DNA of 62,079 nt, the filler included, from Choristocarpus tenellus KU-1152 (taxonomy: Eukaryota > Protista > Phaeophyceae), in assembly GCA_964200185.2 (NCBI GenBank). It is 11 parts of 11 records of this genome, joined end to end, with 100 filler letters (N's around TTAATTAATTAA, not from the genome) between each part and the next. Parts side by side here need not be neighbours in the genome. Positions count along the whole stretch, not along the records: positions 32,257 to 35,276 come from CAXNAD020022892.1; positions 35,377 to 39,860 come from CAXNAD020014342.1; positions 39,961 to 44,302 come from CAXNAD020015020.1; positions 44,403 to 47,978 come from CAXNAD020019153.1; 7 more parts are not named here. One strand, written 5' to 3'. Below, piece after piece: positions 34,577 to 47,398 of this stretch; positions within the stretch are counted from its first letter, which is position 1, and each line of letters begins with the position of its first letter. The notes under the pieces were generated by a model. The model was not told the origin of the DNA. It did no database searches and was given only the letters and a program-made list of their open reading frames with translations. The translations under genes were made by a program, and so were the position numbers.

Positions 34577-35914
34577 GTCCTGTACTGTTGGCACAGGGGA
34601 TCTGCAGATGGAACAGCCTGCCAAATATGCAGACACTGTAGGCGGTGCTGGCACTTGAGGTGTTCAGAGTACATTTTTCTTTCAAAACGTTTGTTTGCAA
34701 ACGCCTCTTGGAAGCAAAAGCAGAGGTGGATGTAAAGGTAAAAGGTGTGTTTGATGGAACGAGCTGCCAGGAAGACGGTTGCCATTTCTGTTGCGTGGCA
34801 CTGTAAGCACCCTAAGCACATTAGGAGTGCACCAGGGCTCTTCTTCTTTTTGGTCTGTGGGTTAGGGTTGGGGTTGGGGTTGGGGTTCCATGTTGAGGTC
34901 TCATACGGCAGTGGTCACACTCCTCGCCTTCTTTGCACTGGCACTGTCTTCCCAGGCACCCCCTTGTTGGGCTCCTATCCTATCCCCAGACACCTGTCTC
35001 GCCCTTGATACCCGTTACCTGTGTGACCCATGCTGATGCCTTGCGTTGATCCCTGCACAACCTGAAATACTAGAGCTATGTGACTTTCAAATTATTTTGT
35101 GATTTTCTCTCGGGTCAAGCTATTGGCAGTGCACCATGTTCCTCGCTTTTTTTTTTTCAAGGACGATGCTGACTCAGCGGGATAAAATATCGTGCGGGGA
35201 TCGATCGTGACATGTGTCGCCGTTTTTTTTTTTTTTTCATATTCTCTCGGTGGCAAACTTCTGCTAACCAGTTTTCNNNNNNNNNNNNNNNNNNNNNNNN
35301 NNNNNNNNNNNNNNNNNNNNTTAATTAATTAANNNNNNNNNNNNNNNNNNNNNNNNNNNNNNNNNNNNNNNNNNNNGAAGCATTCCGCTTGCTTGCCGAG
35401 GCGCCCAAAACTTTCCACCGCAAAGGTGTTGAGGTTATAACTACAGTTCAATATCGTAAGGACTGTAAAATAAATAGTTGTCGTAACTAAAATCTATTTT
35501 CTATTTGAGTGTATATGATAGATGTGCGTACTGGTTCCAAGGATTGTGTGGAGGCTTATGCATTTGCCCCTTGTCCATACTGACTCCACTGGCGGATCAG
35601 ATGACTAGCGAGGAAACTTCCTTCCTTTGTTCTGCATTGTGTGGTAGGTTGACCAGTTGCATCCGGAAGGGTCGAACCGAATCCTGTTCAGGAGGTGGGT
35701 AATCTCGTGTTGTGCCCTCCTTGTGATCCTGGCATCATGGGCTCCTCTGCTAGAGTGTGAACCTCTGGGGTAGTGTAGGGTTTATTGTTCCCCCCATTCA
35801 ATATTGTAAGGACCCCTGAAAAAGTAGCAGTTGTCGTAAATGTGAAGCATATTTAGTACTATGAGCAATGTGGAAAGCAGGTGTGTTTGTTATTATACCT
35901 TTATTATACTGATA

Positions 35915-36471
35915 TGTTACAGTACACTCCAGAACTCACCTCTACAGGATGTGCAACTCAAATCCAACAACCTTAAAACGATGCTATAGGAGTGTTGCCT
36001 TTGATAACAGTTTCTTGGGTTTCAGACAGCCTTCTCTCGATACTCCACTCAGTGCGTAGCTCAAAGCTCGACTCAATGTTTCGTTCAAGATAAAGACTGT
36101 TTAAGAAGGGTGATGGATTGTGACCAAAAGTACTTTTTATTGTTTTCATTATCCACCCATTTTCTTTGGACTTCTATGGTAAAAGACATCTGCAAACTGT
36201 TGTATATATACTCCAATCATAATCCTTTATTATTCTGCAACTTCTAGGAACTTTGGCGTTTCTTCTGTAAGGTTACGTATGCATTACGAATCTTACTCTG
36301 CATCTTCTAAGGAATCAGCATTTACTCTGTAAGGCTACCTATGTGCTACGAATCTCGTATACTGCTCGCGCTTGTTGGAACACGAGAAGAATGCTCGCGC
36401 TATTCGCCTGTAACAAATGTTCGCGTTTGCTAAAACACGAGAAGAAAGGCTAACGCTATTCGCCTGTATCA
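35915..36471 (-). mobile_element. Solo LTR with 4-bp TSD (GATA) and a tandemly duplicated ~56-bp end
   Basis: Termini TGTTACAG and CTGTA(A/T)CA; GATA at 35911-35914 and 36472-36475; both ends homologous to 41888-42326 in reverse. Confidence 0.75.
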
Positions 36472-36479
36472 GATATACC

Positions 36480-36830
36480 GATTGAGATTCCTTATCAGGA
36501 ATCCCTGATTTCAGTGGAGGATCCTCTGTGATAATGAATCCATGGAATAACTTCTAGAGACCAATTCCACAGATATAATACTGCTCTTCCTTCGAAGTTG
36601 TCAAATAATATTCACTTTGTTCTCACGCCTTGCCATTTCTGATTATCCTCTCTCGCAAGATCCTCAGTCAGTCAGTCTCCACAGTTTTGTGCAAGTTCAT
36701 GCAGTCTTTCACTACTTGTCCAACCATAACTTGTCCTCTCGGTTACGGTTCGTCTTGATTCGTTGTCTGTCTTGCCCTGTGATTCTCTTCACCACCCTTG
36801 CCTGAGTGAACCATGCTGTCACAGAATCGC
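36480..36830. repeat. Dispersed degenerate repeat, homologous to ~41435-41780 (related pieces near 37110/41117 and 37465/41300)
   Basis: Shared blocks CAGTGGAGGATC, AGAGACCAA, CTGATTATCC, CACCACCCTT..GAGTGAACCATGC..CACAGAAT. Confidence 0.6.
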
Positions 36831-38510
36831 ATTATTTTTAGGAAGTATGATTGATAGAGTGTTTGGGGACTGTAAGAAAAAAAAGTCCCATTGTGCTTTT
36901 TCTAAATTCAAAATGAGTTTGGAGAGTCTTCCGATCTATCTCTAATTCATGCAACAAGAAGGTGGGTGACGGGTATGCAGGAAAGGGGCCGTCAAGTCTC
37001 GTTTGAGACAGTTAAGTGTCTGTTACTGTACAGTTGTCTATCTCGAGAGGTGTCAAGCATTTTAACCTGGAGATACCGATAATGTAGGCAAGAAGAGGCC
37101 TTGCATATTCTTGAGATGCTTCCCTAGTTCCTCACCCACCTTTGTAGGGCTAAGCTAGGTTGGAAACACAGCGGTGCGCGCATTACTTAGTAGTGAACAC
37201 TTAGTAGTGAACAACCTTCAAGGGGACATTGTTGTATTATTAGTTTTGAAATAGTGTATATTTGTAGAGAGGTGTTTTTGTATTGATGACAACTGTTCTT
37301 GTATTTACGGTAGATAGGTACCCCCTATATTTTTTATTCCATCTATGAACGGTTTTGATGAAGATTCTCTTATTTTTGTTATTTTTCGATGTTATCCAAT
37401 TTCATCTTGGTAAGGGTTTACGACAACTGCTACTTTTACAGGGGCCCTTATGATATAGGATTGTTTTTCCCCCGACACAGCTGTAAAATGTCAGAGGGCG
37501 TAGTAATATATCTTGGTAAGGGTTTTTTCTTATCATACTCTCATTGCCACGACTGTAGGCTAAACGCCATCTTACCGTTACCGTTTGAGTTTTCTTGTCA
37601 GGAATCCTACACCTACATTCTAGTGAGTCAAAGTCGACGAGAGGTGCCCAGAGTTGCATTTTTAGGATGCCAGCAGATGTGTGCAGAATCGGCTTTTTTT
37701 TACATATACGAATAGATAACGCCCAAAAACTGGATATCTTTGGTTTATTTGGGGTCAGTGGAGGATCTTCGTTCACCAGAGTCCACGCAATCTCTTCAAA
37801 ACACTGATTCCACAGGTGACTCTCTTCAATCATTAATGGCTAAGATTGTTATTATTGAGGCATGATTCAGGGACGATCCCGAGTTGTGGTCAGGGGGGCT
37901 GCTACACACTGCCCTAATTCCCATACTAACTACTGACAACTGTTGTTGCTCTTCGACTAGTTGACTAATAATTAAATTGCAGTCCCTCTGTTACTGTTCT
38001 GGCTTCTCTCGCGTCAGGTTCAGCAATCCCACTACGCGTTGCTCTGCCTCTTCCATTGAATCTTGTGCTGGATCCACCATGAAGTTTTCCACCTGGATCT
38101 AGGTCTGGTGATTTTTGTGGCGTTGTACAGACAGGATAAGCACCGTTGTACAATCTGTTGTGCTTGCCACATGGAAATAGCATCGTCAAGACATGTTTGT
38201 GAAAAAGAAGTCTGGCATTGAAGGGGCGTAAACCCGCTAAATTCATGCAGGTAGCCACCGCCTCAACCAAGCCCTTGACCAGATGGCAGCACTGTTATTA
38301 TTTCTGCTCTACAAACTACCTATTACACTGAAACTAATTTCACTGCCCTCTGCGCGCCTTGATATTTTCTCAGGCGTTAGGTTCAGCAGTCTCCCTTCCC
38401 AAAATCTGGTGTGTATTCTCTTGTCCCCAACAAATCTTGTCCACCTCGTTACAGATCCTTCGTGTTGATTTTTGTGGTTTAGTGCAAAATAATGATCCAT
38501 GAAAGTCAAT

Positions 38511-38770
38511 GAGTCAAAGTATCATAGAGGGTAGAGCCGCGTCCGTTTGGGGGCCAAAATTCAATGTCGCGTTTTTGATGTAATTTTGGCTATCGTGTTT
38601 GATAGGAAGTGTCAATATCCTTGTCTCAGACACACCTTTCCATAACGTATACATTCTACCTACTCCAAAACGTTTTGGAGTAGATAAAATGTCATTAAGA
38701 ACCCTTGAGAAGCTAAGCCCCAAACGGACAAACAGGTAAAAACTCGTATCCTCGAAGATACTTCAATACT
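38511..38770 (+). mobile_element. MITE family 1 copy A (right end degraded)
   Basis: GAGTCAAAGTATCATAGAGGGTAGAG...internal hairpin...CTCGTATCCTCGAAGATACTT. Confidence 0.85.
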
Positions 38771-39829
38771 CCTGCACCGAAAATCTGGCCTCCCCTGCAT
38801 TCCCATGACGGAAAGCGGGTGGACTATCAACTGAGCTACATGGACAGGTCCTTTTGACATCACCTCCTGTCACTCCGATCATCAGGTCCTCTTTTTCTAC
38901 TCTCCGTAGTTGTTCTTGTCCAACCTTATCTCGTCTTAGAATAAAATAAAACTAGAAATAGTTGGGCCCACATTCCATATGGAACTGAGTACATAATCTC
39001 TAATGAGTAAAGGGGTCACGTAATTATACTCCAACACAAATCCATTAAAGAGAGAGAGAGGAGGAGTTGAAAGTTGAAGTTGAGTGATCAGTGTTACGAT
39101 TTTGAACATGAGAAGGGTGCCAACTTATACCTACAATAAGGAAAGTACCTCCATGTACATATTATTATTACTATTAATATCAATATCATTTTCACTATAT
39201 CACAACAGTTCAAGGGATCCAGGCCCAGTGGTCGAAAAAACAATCCAAAGAACGCAATACACACTGCTTGAGAAAAGGCATCGAGGACCGTAGAAGAAAA
39301 CGAAGCAGTGGAAAAAAAAAAAGTCAGAGAAGAAAAAATATATATAAATGAAATGAAAAGGACTAATCGAACCCACAGGAAAAAATATGATCACCCAAAA
39401 AAACATATGGAGGCGAAGAAAGACTTTGAACAAAACATGCAACAGAATAAGTCCACAAAGAAACAGCATTCAGCAGACTGTGATGGTGGTGGTGGTGTTG
39501 GTGGCTTGGGCAACTTTAGGCGTTTCTCTGGTTTGGGGTACATTAGCTATCACAGTTTCCTTGAATACTATTTGGACATTAATCTCATTGTGAGCCAAAG
39601 TAAACAAGATGTACCCAGGTCTTGGCCGTTTGCATTTGAAAGACAGTTATTTTTTTAACATTTCACAATTCGACCATATTTCTATGGATGAAGTGCTAAG
39701 TTAGACTTGAGAACGTTGACTTCTCCATTGTTTGAAGAAATTGGACTCAATACATAAATACACATTTGTAAAATTAGACTAATTTTGAACGTATTTGTCA
39801 GCATCCTTAAAATACAACTCTGGACAACT

Positions 39830-39860
39830 GGGTCAAAGTATCTGGGGGGGGGGGGGGCCG
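39830..39860 (+). mobile_element. Left end of MITE family 2 at contig end
   Basis: GGGTCAAAGTATCTGGGGGG..., preceded by ACT. Confidence 0.7.
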
Positions 39861-41887
39861 NNNNNNNNNNNNNNNNNNNNNNNNNNNNNNNNNNNNNNNN
39901 NNNNTTAATTAATTAANNNNNNNNNNNNNNNNNNNNNNNNNNNNNNNNNNNNNNNNNNNNTGCACAGCAGCAGTCTAAAGAGGGTTTGCGGCCCATAGTA
40001 CTGTTGATGCAAGGTAACCCATTTATGGAGGGGGATGGACGGTGTGAATGGATGGATGAACTCCATGTCCGACGACTTGAAGTCTTGCGGAAAGGGCAGA
40101 TCCACTTCAACGGAGGAAACTCTACTGAGGGACCACATATGTTAGAAGACACTACATACATATTTAACAAACTTGAGTGCAAGAGATCAGTGACTCAATC
40201 CACTTCTCGGAGCCTGTGAAGATGACACAAGCGAAGATGCTCTGGCACATCATGGCCATAATTACAGATGGCCTGGACTCTGGATACAGGGAATGATAAT
40301 TAAAAGCATGGAGTACTGAGTATAGAGCGAAGCCTACAGATTTTTTTGAGCTGAGGAGAAAGGTTACGCTGAATGTGTGTCTCAAGCATGGTTGCCCAGA
40401 CGAAATGTTTTTGTTTTTGTGCAATAATTCATGTAGGGCTGTTGTTGATAGGTGGGAGAAAGGATAAGGATAAAGAGAATCGAACAAGTAATTCGACATT
40501 CTCCCCTCAATCACGTCTCCTGTAACCTAACTTGTAGTGCCAACACTTAAAGATAAAAGCAACAAGAAAATCCTCCTTCATACTTTTCTTGTCACCTAAC
40601 AGGACAAATATTGGGTAACTATTAATGTCACAGTTTTTGCAAGGTGCTGTGCCAGTCCAGTATGAGCACCAGATCAAGATAGTCCAGAGTAGTTGAATAC
40701 GTGCTTTCTGCTGGCAGTTTTCATACCTTTCCCAATTCCAAACCTGTGCCATTTTTGTTCGTGTTACGCATGTACTACTTGTGGAACTCCATGCTATTTT
40801 TGTTCTTAGCACACTTTTAGTACTGGTGGAGATATATCAATTTGTGGATATGAAGTATATTGAAGTGGATGATTGTGTAAGAATATGATATTTTGGGAAG
40901 TTTTGGGCGGCTCGGCAAGCAAGCGGAATGCTTCCTGGATGAGGTAGCTACACACATGGTGGAGAGGAGAGGAACTGAAGGATATAGCAGGAAAAGAGCG
41001 GTTGAATCCTGACAGCGCCAAATTGTCTCAGCAACTACACAAGTGGCACAGTCTAGACGTGTCATGCTTTTAAAACTGGAGTCACCAGGGATATGGGTAC
41101 GGATGGGTTTGTTGGATTCTTGAGATGCCTCCCTAGTTCCTCACCCTGAGGCACAGGAATAGGTAGATTGGAGGCGCAGGAAGGCAGTGATATAATATAG
41201 ATATTAGGAAGATAGCAAATAAATTAATGTCTTTCACATTTGTGATATATTTTATTTCTTCAGGGCTTACACTAACATTTGTATAGTTATTGTTGGTTTC
41301 CGCCCTGACACATCTACAAAATGTCAGAGATCATAATAATAATATATATATATAGTGGTGTATATAAATATGTACTACTGTCGAATACAAGTTTGTTATC
41401 ATATCATCATTCTCATGTTCCATATACCGTCAAACCGGTTGAGGTTCCTCCCCAGGACTCGCGAATTCCAGTGGAGGATCTTTCTTGAGGTTTAGGGTTG
41501 GAATCTTTTCAAGAGACCAACACTACAAGTACTGGATGCTCTGCCAATCAGAGATGTCAAACATGAAAGATTCACTTAGTTCCCAAATTTTGAAATATCT
41601 GATTATCCCCCTCACATGAGATCCTCTTCACTCCACAATTTTCTACAATTCCTTGCAGTCTTGTACTTGTCCTACCTTAACCTCGTCCTCTCGTTTACGG
41701 TTCACCTTGGTCTGTCTTGTCTGTCTTAGTCAATAATTCTCTTCACCACCCTTTCCAGAGTGAACCATGCCCCCACAGAATTAAAACGATTCATACTACA
41801 CAGCACAGTATATTATACTACCGTATTTGAAAATCTACTACAATAGGAATTCAAGATGAAATCAATACCATCAATATATTCCTCTCA

Positions 41888-42339
41888 TGTTACAGGCGAA
41901 TAGCGCACGTATTTCTTCCCATGCTTTAAAAAGCACCAGCAGTATGCACGCGTGAGGAAATCCGATTTGCTAAACGTTGCAGAGTAGGATCTGTAACTCG
42001 GGAATGGACAAGCAACGGTTTTCAGATGTATTCCAAGATCTGTTAACCATAATAAACGGTAAATGACGATGAAAGACATAATATAAAGAGCGTTGCAAAA
42101 TCATTGCCCTCTGATCACTTTTCTCATCTGATACCAAGGTCATGCACTGAATATTGATTGAGAAAAGTAACTCTGTTCTGCTGACCTGACGTCTGTTAAC
42201 TTGTATTGGACCTTTGACTGTCGGAGTATCGTGGGAGGCTTGCACGAACATCAGCGTCACCTATAGGCCTTTGGATTGGAGCTACACATCCTGTGGAGGT
42301 AAGCTTCTGGAGCGTGCTGTGTAACATGGAGGTCCTACC
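41888..42339 (+). mobile_element. 5' LTR (41888-42326) followed by a tRNA-Gln-type primer-binding site (42327-42339)
   Basis: TGTTACAGGCG...GTAACA then TGGAGGTCCTACC, near-complementary to the eukaryotic tRNA-Gln 3' end (...GGTGGGACCTCCA). Confidence 0.7.
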
Positions 42340-42884
42340 TGGTCTCTTCAAACTGTGGAGAGAATACTTAGTATTCATCTCGGCGCTTAGGATTCTTGGT
42401 AGCTCACTACTATGGGCAGGATTTTCTTCTGCTTGGTTTTTTCGTCTTCTTGGGTGGTCTTGGAGTGCTTTTACCGTTTAACAGGATTTTCTTCTGCTTG
42501 GTTTCGTCTTCTTCTTGGGTGGTCTTGGAGTGCTTCCATCACCTCCAAACTCGGAGAAAGGGCCTGGAGTGATGGCATTTGTGAGTCAAAGGGAGGCACA
42601 TACACCTCCGATCGTAAACGAGTGGTCTCTGACCGCCATCGTATAGACGTTGCCTAGGTATTTATTTCTCGACATTCGTACACTCACATCCCGGCCACGT
42701 TTTCTTGTGTCACACACTGTTCTTATATTTCTCAGGTTCGCAGATATGTCTGCTGAAGATCAACTCATTGATTTGTGTGAACGACCTCTCTCAACTCTCC
42801 TTCCTAATGTTTTTTCTAGGCATTATAATTTCACAATAAAATAGGAAGTCAAATTCGCGCACTAGTAATTTCGCAGAATATCCT

Positions 42885-44230
42885 TTGGGGAACGAAATGG
42901 TGAAACAGAAAATTAAAGGAGAATGGATCTCTGATAATCTCATGGAGGAATTATCCAATCGAAGCGACGGACCTCGCTTCCGATCCAAGTCCCCACAAAT
43001 CAAGAAGCAGAAGGCGAGTCAAGGGGGTGTATTACTTGTTTTGTATGCGGGAAATAGGACATCAAAGCTTCACATGTCCGCAAAGCAAATTGGGATCGTC
43101 AAGGGGTCTTGAATCTGCGAACATCCAGAAAAAGAAGAATCGGATGGGAAAGAATGGTTCTAAAACAAAGGACGAGGACCAAAATTAGATGGATCTGGCG
43201 AAGGACAAACAACATTGATAGTTTTTCCAGTATCTAATCAAGTGAGGTATCTTGTTAGTAAGGTAAAATATCTTCCCTTCAAGAGACCGTCATGGGTTGA
43301 GGTTTGGACCTGGGACAGTGGAGCCACACATAACTTTACGACGACCAATATTTATATGTTTAATTGGGAATCTTGTGATGGAACAGCTGCAGTGGGAAGT
43401 GGTAGAACACTTGACATCATGGGGAAGGGGGGCATCAAATTGGAAAGTGTTCTAAGTGGTAAATTGGAGACTGTTGTATTCACTAACGTACTTGTGGTGC
43501 CAGATGGTCACAGAGTCCGGTCTGTCGACTCCACTACAATCTCAACTGTTAGGGACAACGGGGAACGAAATCTTACCTTCACCTCATTAGGGGAGTAGGA
43601 ATTATTTTCCCTAGGGATGCGCAGAGTGAGTGTGAGGAATGTATCGTTTTCTATTAATGTCCCTACCACTGATGCAACATCCGTTTCTGGCACACCAATA
43701 ATTAACTTGACCCGAAAACCTACGTTGATGGATATGAACGAGCTGCACACGTGATTAGGTGATGTTCATCAGGGGTTGGACAGGAAAGACGGTTCGACCC
43801 AGAACATTTTGTTAACTGGAACATGGGGACCATCTTGTCGAGTTTGCCCACTCGGCAATGGCCATAGGCATCCAATTCCAAAGGAGATGGAGAATCGTGC
43901 TTCGGTTAAGGGGGAAGATGTTTATGTGGACTTGACTGGAGCGAATGCAACGTCAGAGGAGGATGTTGTTATATCTGATGATCTCGCCCAGAAGGAAGCT
44001 AGTGGAGTCGATTTTGCATAGGATGAGCCTGGAGGTATCGACCTAACCCACGCTGGGGCTAGAGGTGTCGATCTCGCTGAAGAGGGGAGTGGAGGCAATG
44101 TCGATTGCGGAGGAATGATGTTTGACACTACTACATCAGTGGAGGATAATGTAGCAAAGTGTATGCTTCCCCCTGAGGGGGTTGAAATGAATGCCATAGT
44201 CCAAGGAGGGATTGTTGTTGGGGAGGGACC
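42885..44230 (+). pseudogene. Decayed Ty1/Copia gag-pol fragment
   Basis: Frameshifted CFVCGK/GH...CP knuckle (~43030), WTWDSGATHNFT protease, GAG-pre-integrase LH..LG.VH and C.VCPLG, and integrase start VYVDLTG, in Copia order. Confidence 0.75.
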
Positions 44231-44302
44231 TGTGCAAATTACCTTGGGAGGTAATGCTATTTGTCAGTAGTGAAGATAAGAAGGTGTGAAGCCTCACACG
44301 AC
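44231..44302 (+). repeat. 72-bp terminus identical to 19813-19884
   Basis: Exact match; both copies run into contig ends. Confidence 0.85.
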
Positions 44303-44402
44303 NNNNNNNNNNNNNNNNNNNNNNNNNNNNNNNNNNNNNNNNNNNNTTAATTAATTAANNNNNNNNNNNNNNNNNNNNNNNNNNNNNNNNNNNNNNNNNN
44401 NN

Positions 44403-44420
44403 CCCCGGATACTTTGAGCC
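44403..44420 (+). mobile_element. Right TIR of MITE family 2 at contig start
   Basis: CCCCGGATACTTTGAGCC. Confidence 0.55.
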
Positions 44421-44499
44421 AAAAGCACAAAGGTGTGAGGATCTGAGTGGTTCAGAATTCGCTGCATCAGTCACAAATGGCTTCTTTGTCATTATTTAT

Positions 44500-46250
44500 G
44501 AAGTATATGTCTGAGCGAGGGATGCGAAGGTGTCAGGTATCATTGTTGGCGATGGAGGATGAACGGGGATGATGTGATCGCGGATGAGAGTGGGGCGAGA
44601 AAGGAAGGGTTATCGTGTGTATGGTAGTCGGATTGAAAAAAAACAAAGAGATGTTTATAACGAGATTCAATCGTCGAGGGAAGTTTATGTCCCCATAAAT
44701 GTATTCCCGGATTGAACACGCATACTTGGAAACGTCGGTGGGAAGAGAGTAACTGATAAAATTTGAAGACCTGACATAGAAAGAAGGATGATGCATAAAA
44801 GAGGAGAAGAGGATAATGTGGATGGTGAAGATTTGTGAAAGGTGTTTATATGCAAGAGTGCATTTGAACAAATAGCATGTAAAGAAGTTTAGATTGATAT
44901 GTTTTTTCGTTTGCCCGGACTGTTTGTGGCAATGTTGTGGAGACCAAATAATGTGTTCAAATTCGTAGAGCTGATAGTGGAACAAGTGTGGTGTAATATT
45001 TTGTCTAGGAGTTACACTCAATAGAAGGATGTGACCCGCCACCAGAGAGTGCAGATGATGTAGATGGATTGTTGAGTTAAGACAGCCCTTACTGTGTCTG
45101 TGGGAAAATATTTCATCGATAGTGGTACATATTATAAAGGTTTTCAGGATGCATGTGTTGTCCACAAATCGGAAGGAAAAAGTAACGAGACCAATATTGA
45201 GAGAGATTTGAAGCCATGTACGGTGTGGGCTTGTGATCTGATGTTGGGTGAATAGTATATTGTTATTGCAAAACTGGACGTGTAAGTGGAAGGCATGACA
45301 TGGATGGTAAAAGGGTGATGAAGGAAGTCGTTGCTGTAAGGAGGTAAAAATTTCTTTATCATCCACGCATGTTTTTGGGGCTGGGACGACTGTTTATAGA
45401 AAGTTTATATGATGTTTTTAGAAGTATATGTCTGAGTGCGACTGTGAAGGTCACAGGCATCATTGTTCGCAGTGGAGGAGGGGTGGGGACAATGTGATCG
45501 CGGATGAGAGTGGGCGGGAAGGGAAGGGAAGGGTATGGTGTTGTATGGTAGTCGGATCGAAGAAAGACGTAAAGGTGTGTTATTAACTAAATTCAAACGA
45601 GTAGGGAAATTTGTGTCTACATAGATTTGTTGTCGGAGTGAACATGGGTGGATGAAAAGGGTTAGGGTTAGATAATAGTAGCAGATAAAGATTGAACAGC
45701 TAATACACACAATAAAGAAGGCGAGAAAAAATATGGAGAACAACGTGGATGGTGAAGATTTGTGAAATGTGTGCGCATACAAGAGTGTGTTCAACAAATA
45801 GCATGTAGAGAAGTATAGATTGGTATTATGTTCGTTTGGCAGGATCGATTGTGGAAATGCTATTGATATGAAATAGTATGTTTAAATCGTGTTGCCGATG
45901 GTGGAACAAGTGTGGTATAAAATATAGTGTATGGCGTAGATCTCGATGGAAGGCTGTTGACGTACTACAAGAGAGTGTAGATTATGGGGATGGATTATTG
46001 TGTCAAGATAACAATGTTAAGTCAATGGTGGTACACTTCAAATAGTTTTTCGGGATGCATGAGCTGTCCAAAAATCGAAAGGAAAGAGCAACAAGACCTG
46101 CATGAGTGAGGTTTGAGGTCACCTGTGGTGTGGCTCATGGTCAGGATCTTGTAGGAAGAGTACATCATTGTTCCAAATTTCGATGTGCGAGTGAAAGGCG
46201 TGACATGGATAGCAAAAGGGTGTTGAAGGAAGTCGTTGTTGGAAGGGGGG
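44500..46250. repeat. Diverged ~0.9-kb tandem duplication (44500-45345 / 45421-46250)
   Basis: Collinear shared blocks GAAGTATATGTCTGAG, GATCGCGGATGAGAGTGGG, GTGGATGGTGAAGATTTGTGAAA, GTGGAACAAGTGTGGT, GAAGTCGTTG. Confidence 0.85.
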
Positions 46251-47141
46251 ATGTCCAGGTATCGTGTGGATATTTGGTGGGTCTAAATGAAATAAGAGGG
46301 GGCGTACGCGAAGGATGTGGGTTTTGCCTTATTTGCGTGCAGATGTCGCCTCTAGGTAGAAGTACACAATGCTTTGATGAACGTCACCTTCTGTTTCCCA
46401 TAATTGGCATCCTTGAGACTAGTGGGACAGTCAGTGCCTCTCAGGTTCCGAGCTTGATGAGGGGTGTTCCGAGCGTTTTGCACGAGCAATGGAGACTAGA
46501 TGGAGAAGAGGCGACACGTCTAGTAGTTAGCCACTGGTCCTGCCAGCAGAGTTTATCAAGGGTGACTTCGGCCCTTGTGGATGAAACTTCGCCTCCTACT
46601 CCTCCAGAAGAGGTTGACGTGTTGATTTTTTTTAATGGTTGTGTAAAGTAATATATGCAGGATACAATACACGAAATATCTTGAAAGATGTGGTTTGTGT
46701 CAAAATGCGTATGTGTGTGTATAATGGTTCTAGACTGGTGGTCCAGAGTAATCCTTTTTGTTGTAAATTTTGAAGATTCTTCAACACATTTAGTCTCTCA
46801 ACGTCTCTGTATGGAATTCAAAATGGAGTACAGGGACGAGGGTTTGGATACGATACCGATAAGTATCGAGAAGAGGATATTGTGAGAGTGTGTGTCAATA
46901 ATGCGAGCACATGCACAATGTGTGTAGTTGATCACAGAAGGACGTTATTCGGGAAAGGCATAAGAAAGGACACACACGAGCAAACCTACGTCCTGTATTG
47001 TAAGGTGGTATTGCATAATGTATGTGTATGTATATAGCGTATTTGGTCCTAAATAGAAGGATAATTCGATTTATTTGTCTAATAAAAAGAAAAACAGGTG
47101 ATCAAAGATCTCATGATGCAGGGTAATGGGTGTGTAGGTTT

Positions 47142-47398
47142 GAGTCAAAATATCTTAGGGGGTAGAGCCGCGTCCATTTTGTGACTAAAATCAAATGTTG
47201 CGATTTTGACGTAATATAGGCTTTTGTGTTTGTTAGGAAGTGTCAATATATCTGTTCCGGACACACGTTTTCATAACGTTTACATTTTACCTACTCTGAA
47301 ACATTTCGGAGTAGGTAAATGTCATCAAATACCTGTGGGAAGCCGAGCCACAAAAGACAAACAAGTCAAAACTCGTACCCTCTAAGATACTTTCACTC
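47142..47398 (+). mobile_element. MITE family 1 copy B, TSD TTT
   Basis: Complete TIRs GAGTCAAAATATCTTAGGGGGTAG and GTACCCTCTAAGATACTTTCACTC. Confidence 0.9.

Noticed and set aside
37965-38509. LINE reverse-transcriptase C-terminal remnant
   Set aside because: Similarity too vague to support without a search.
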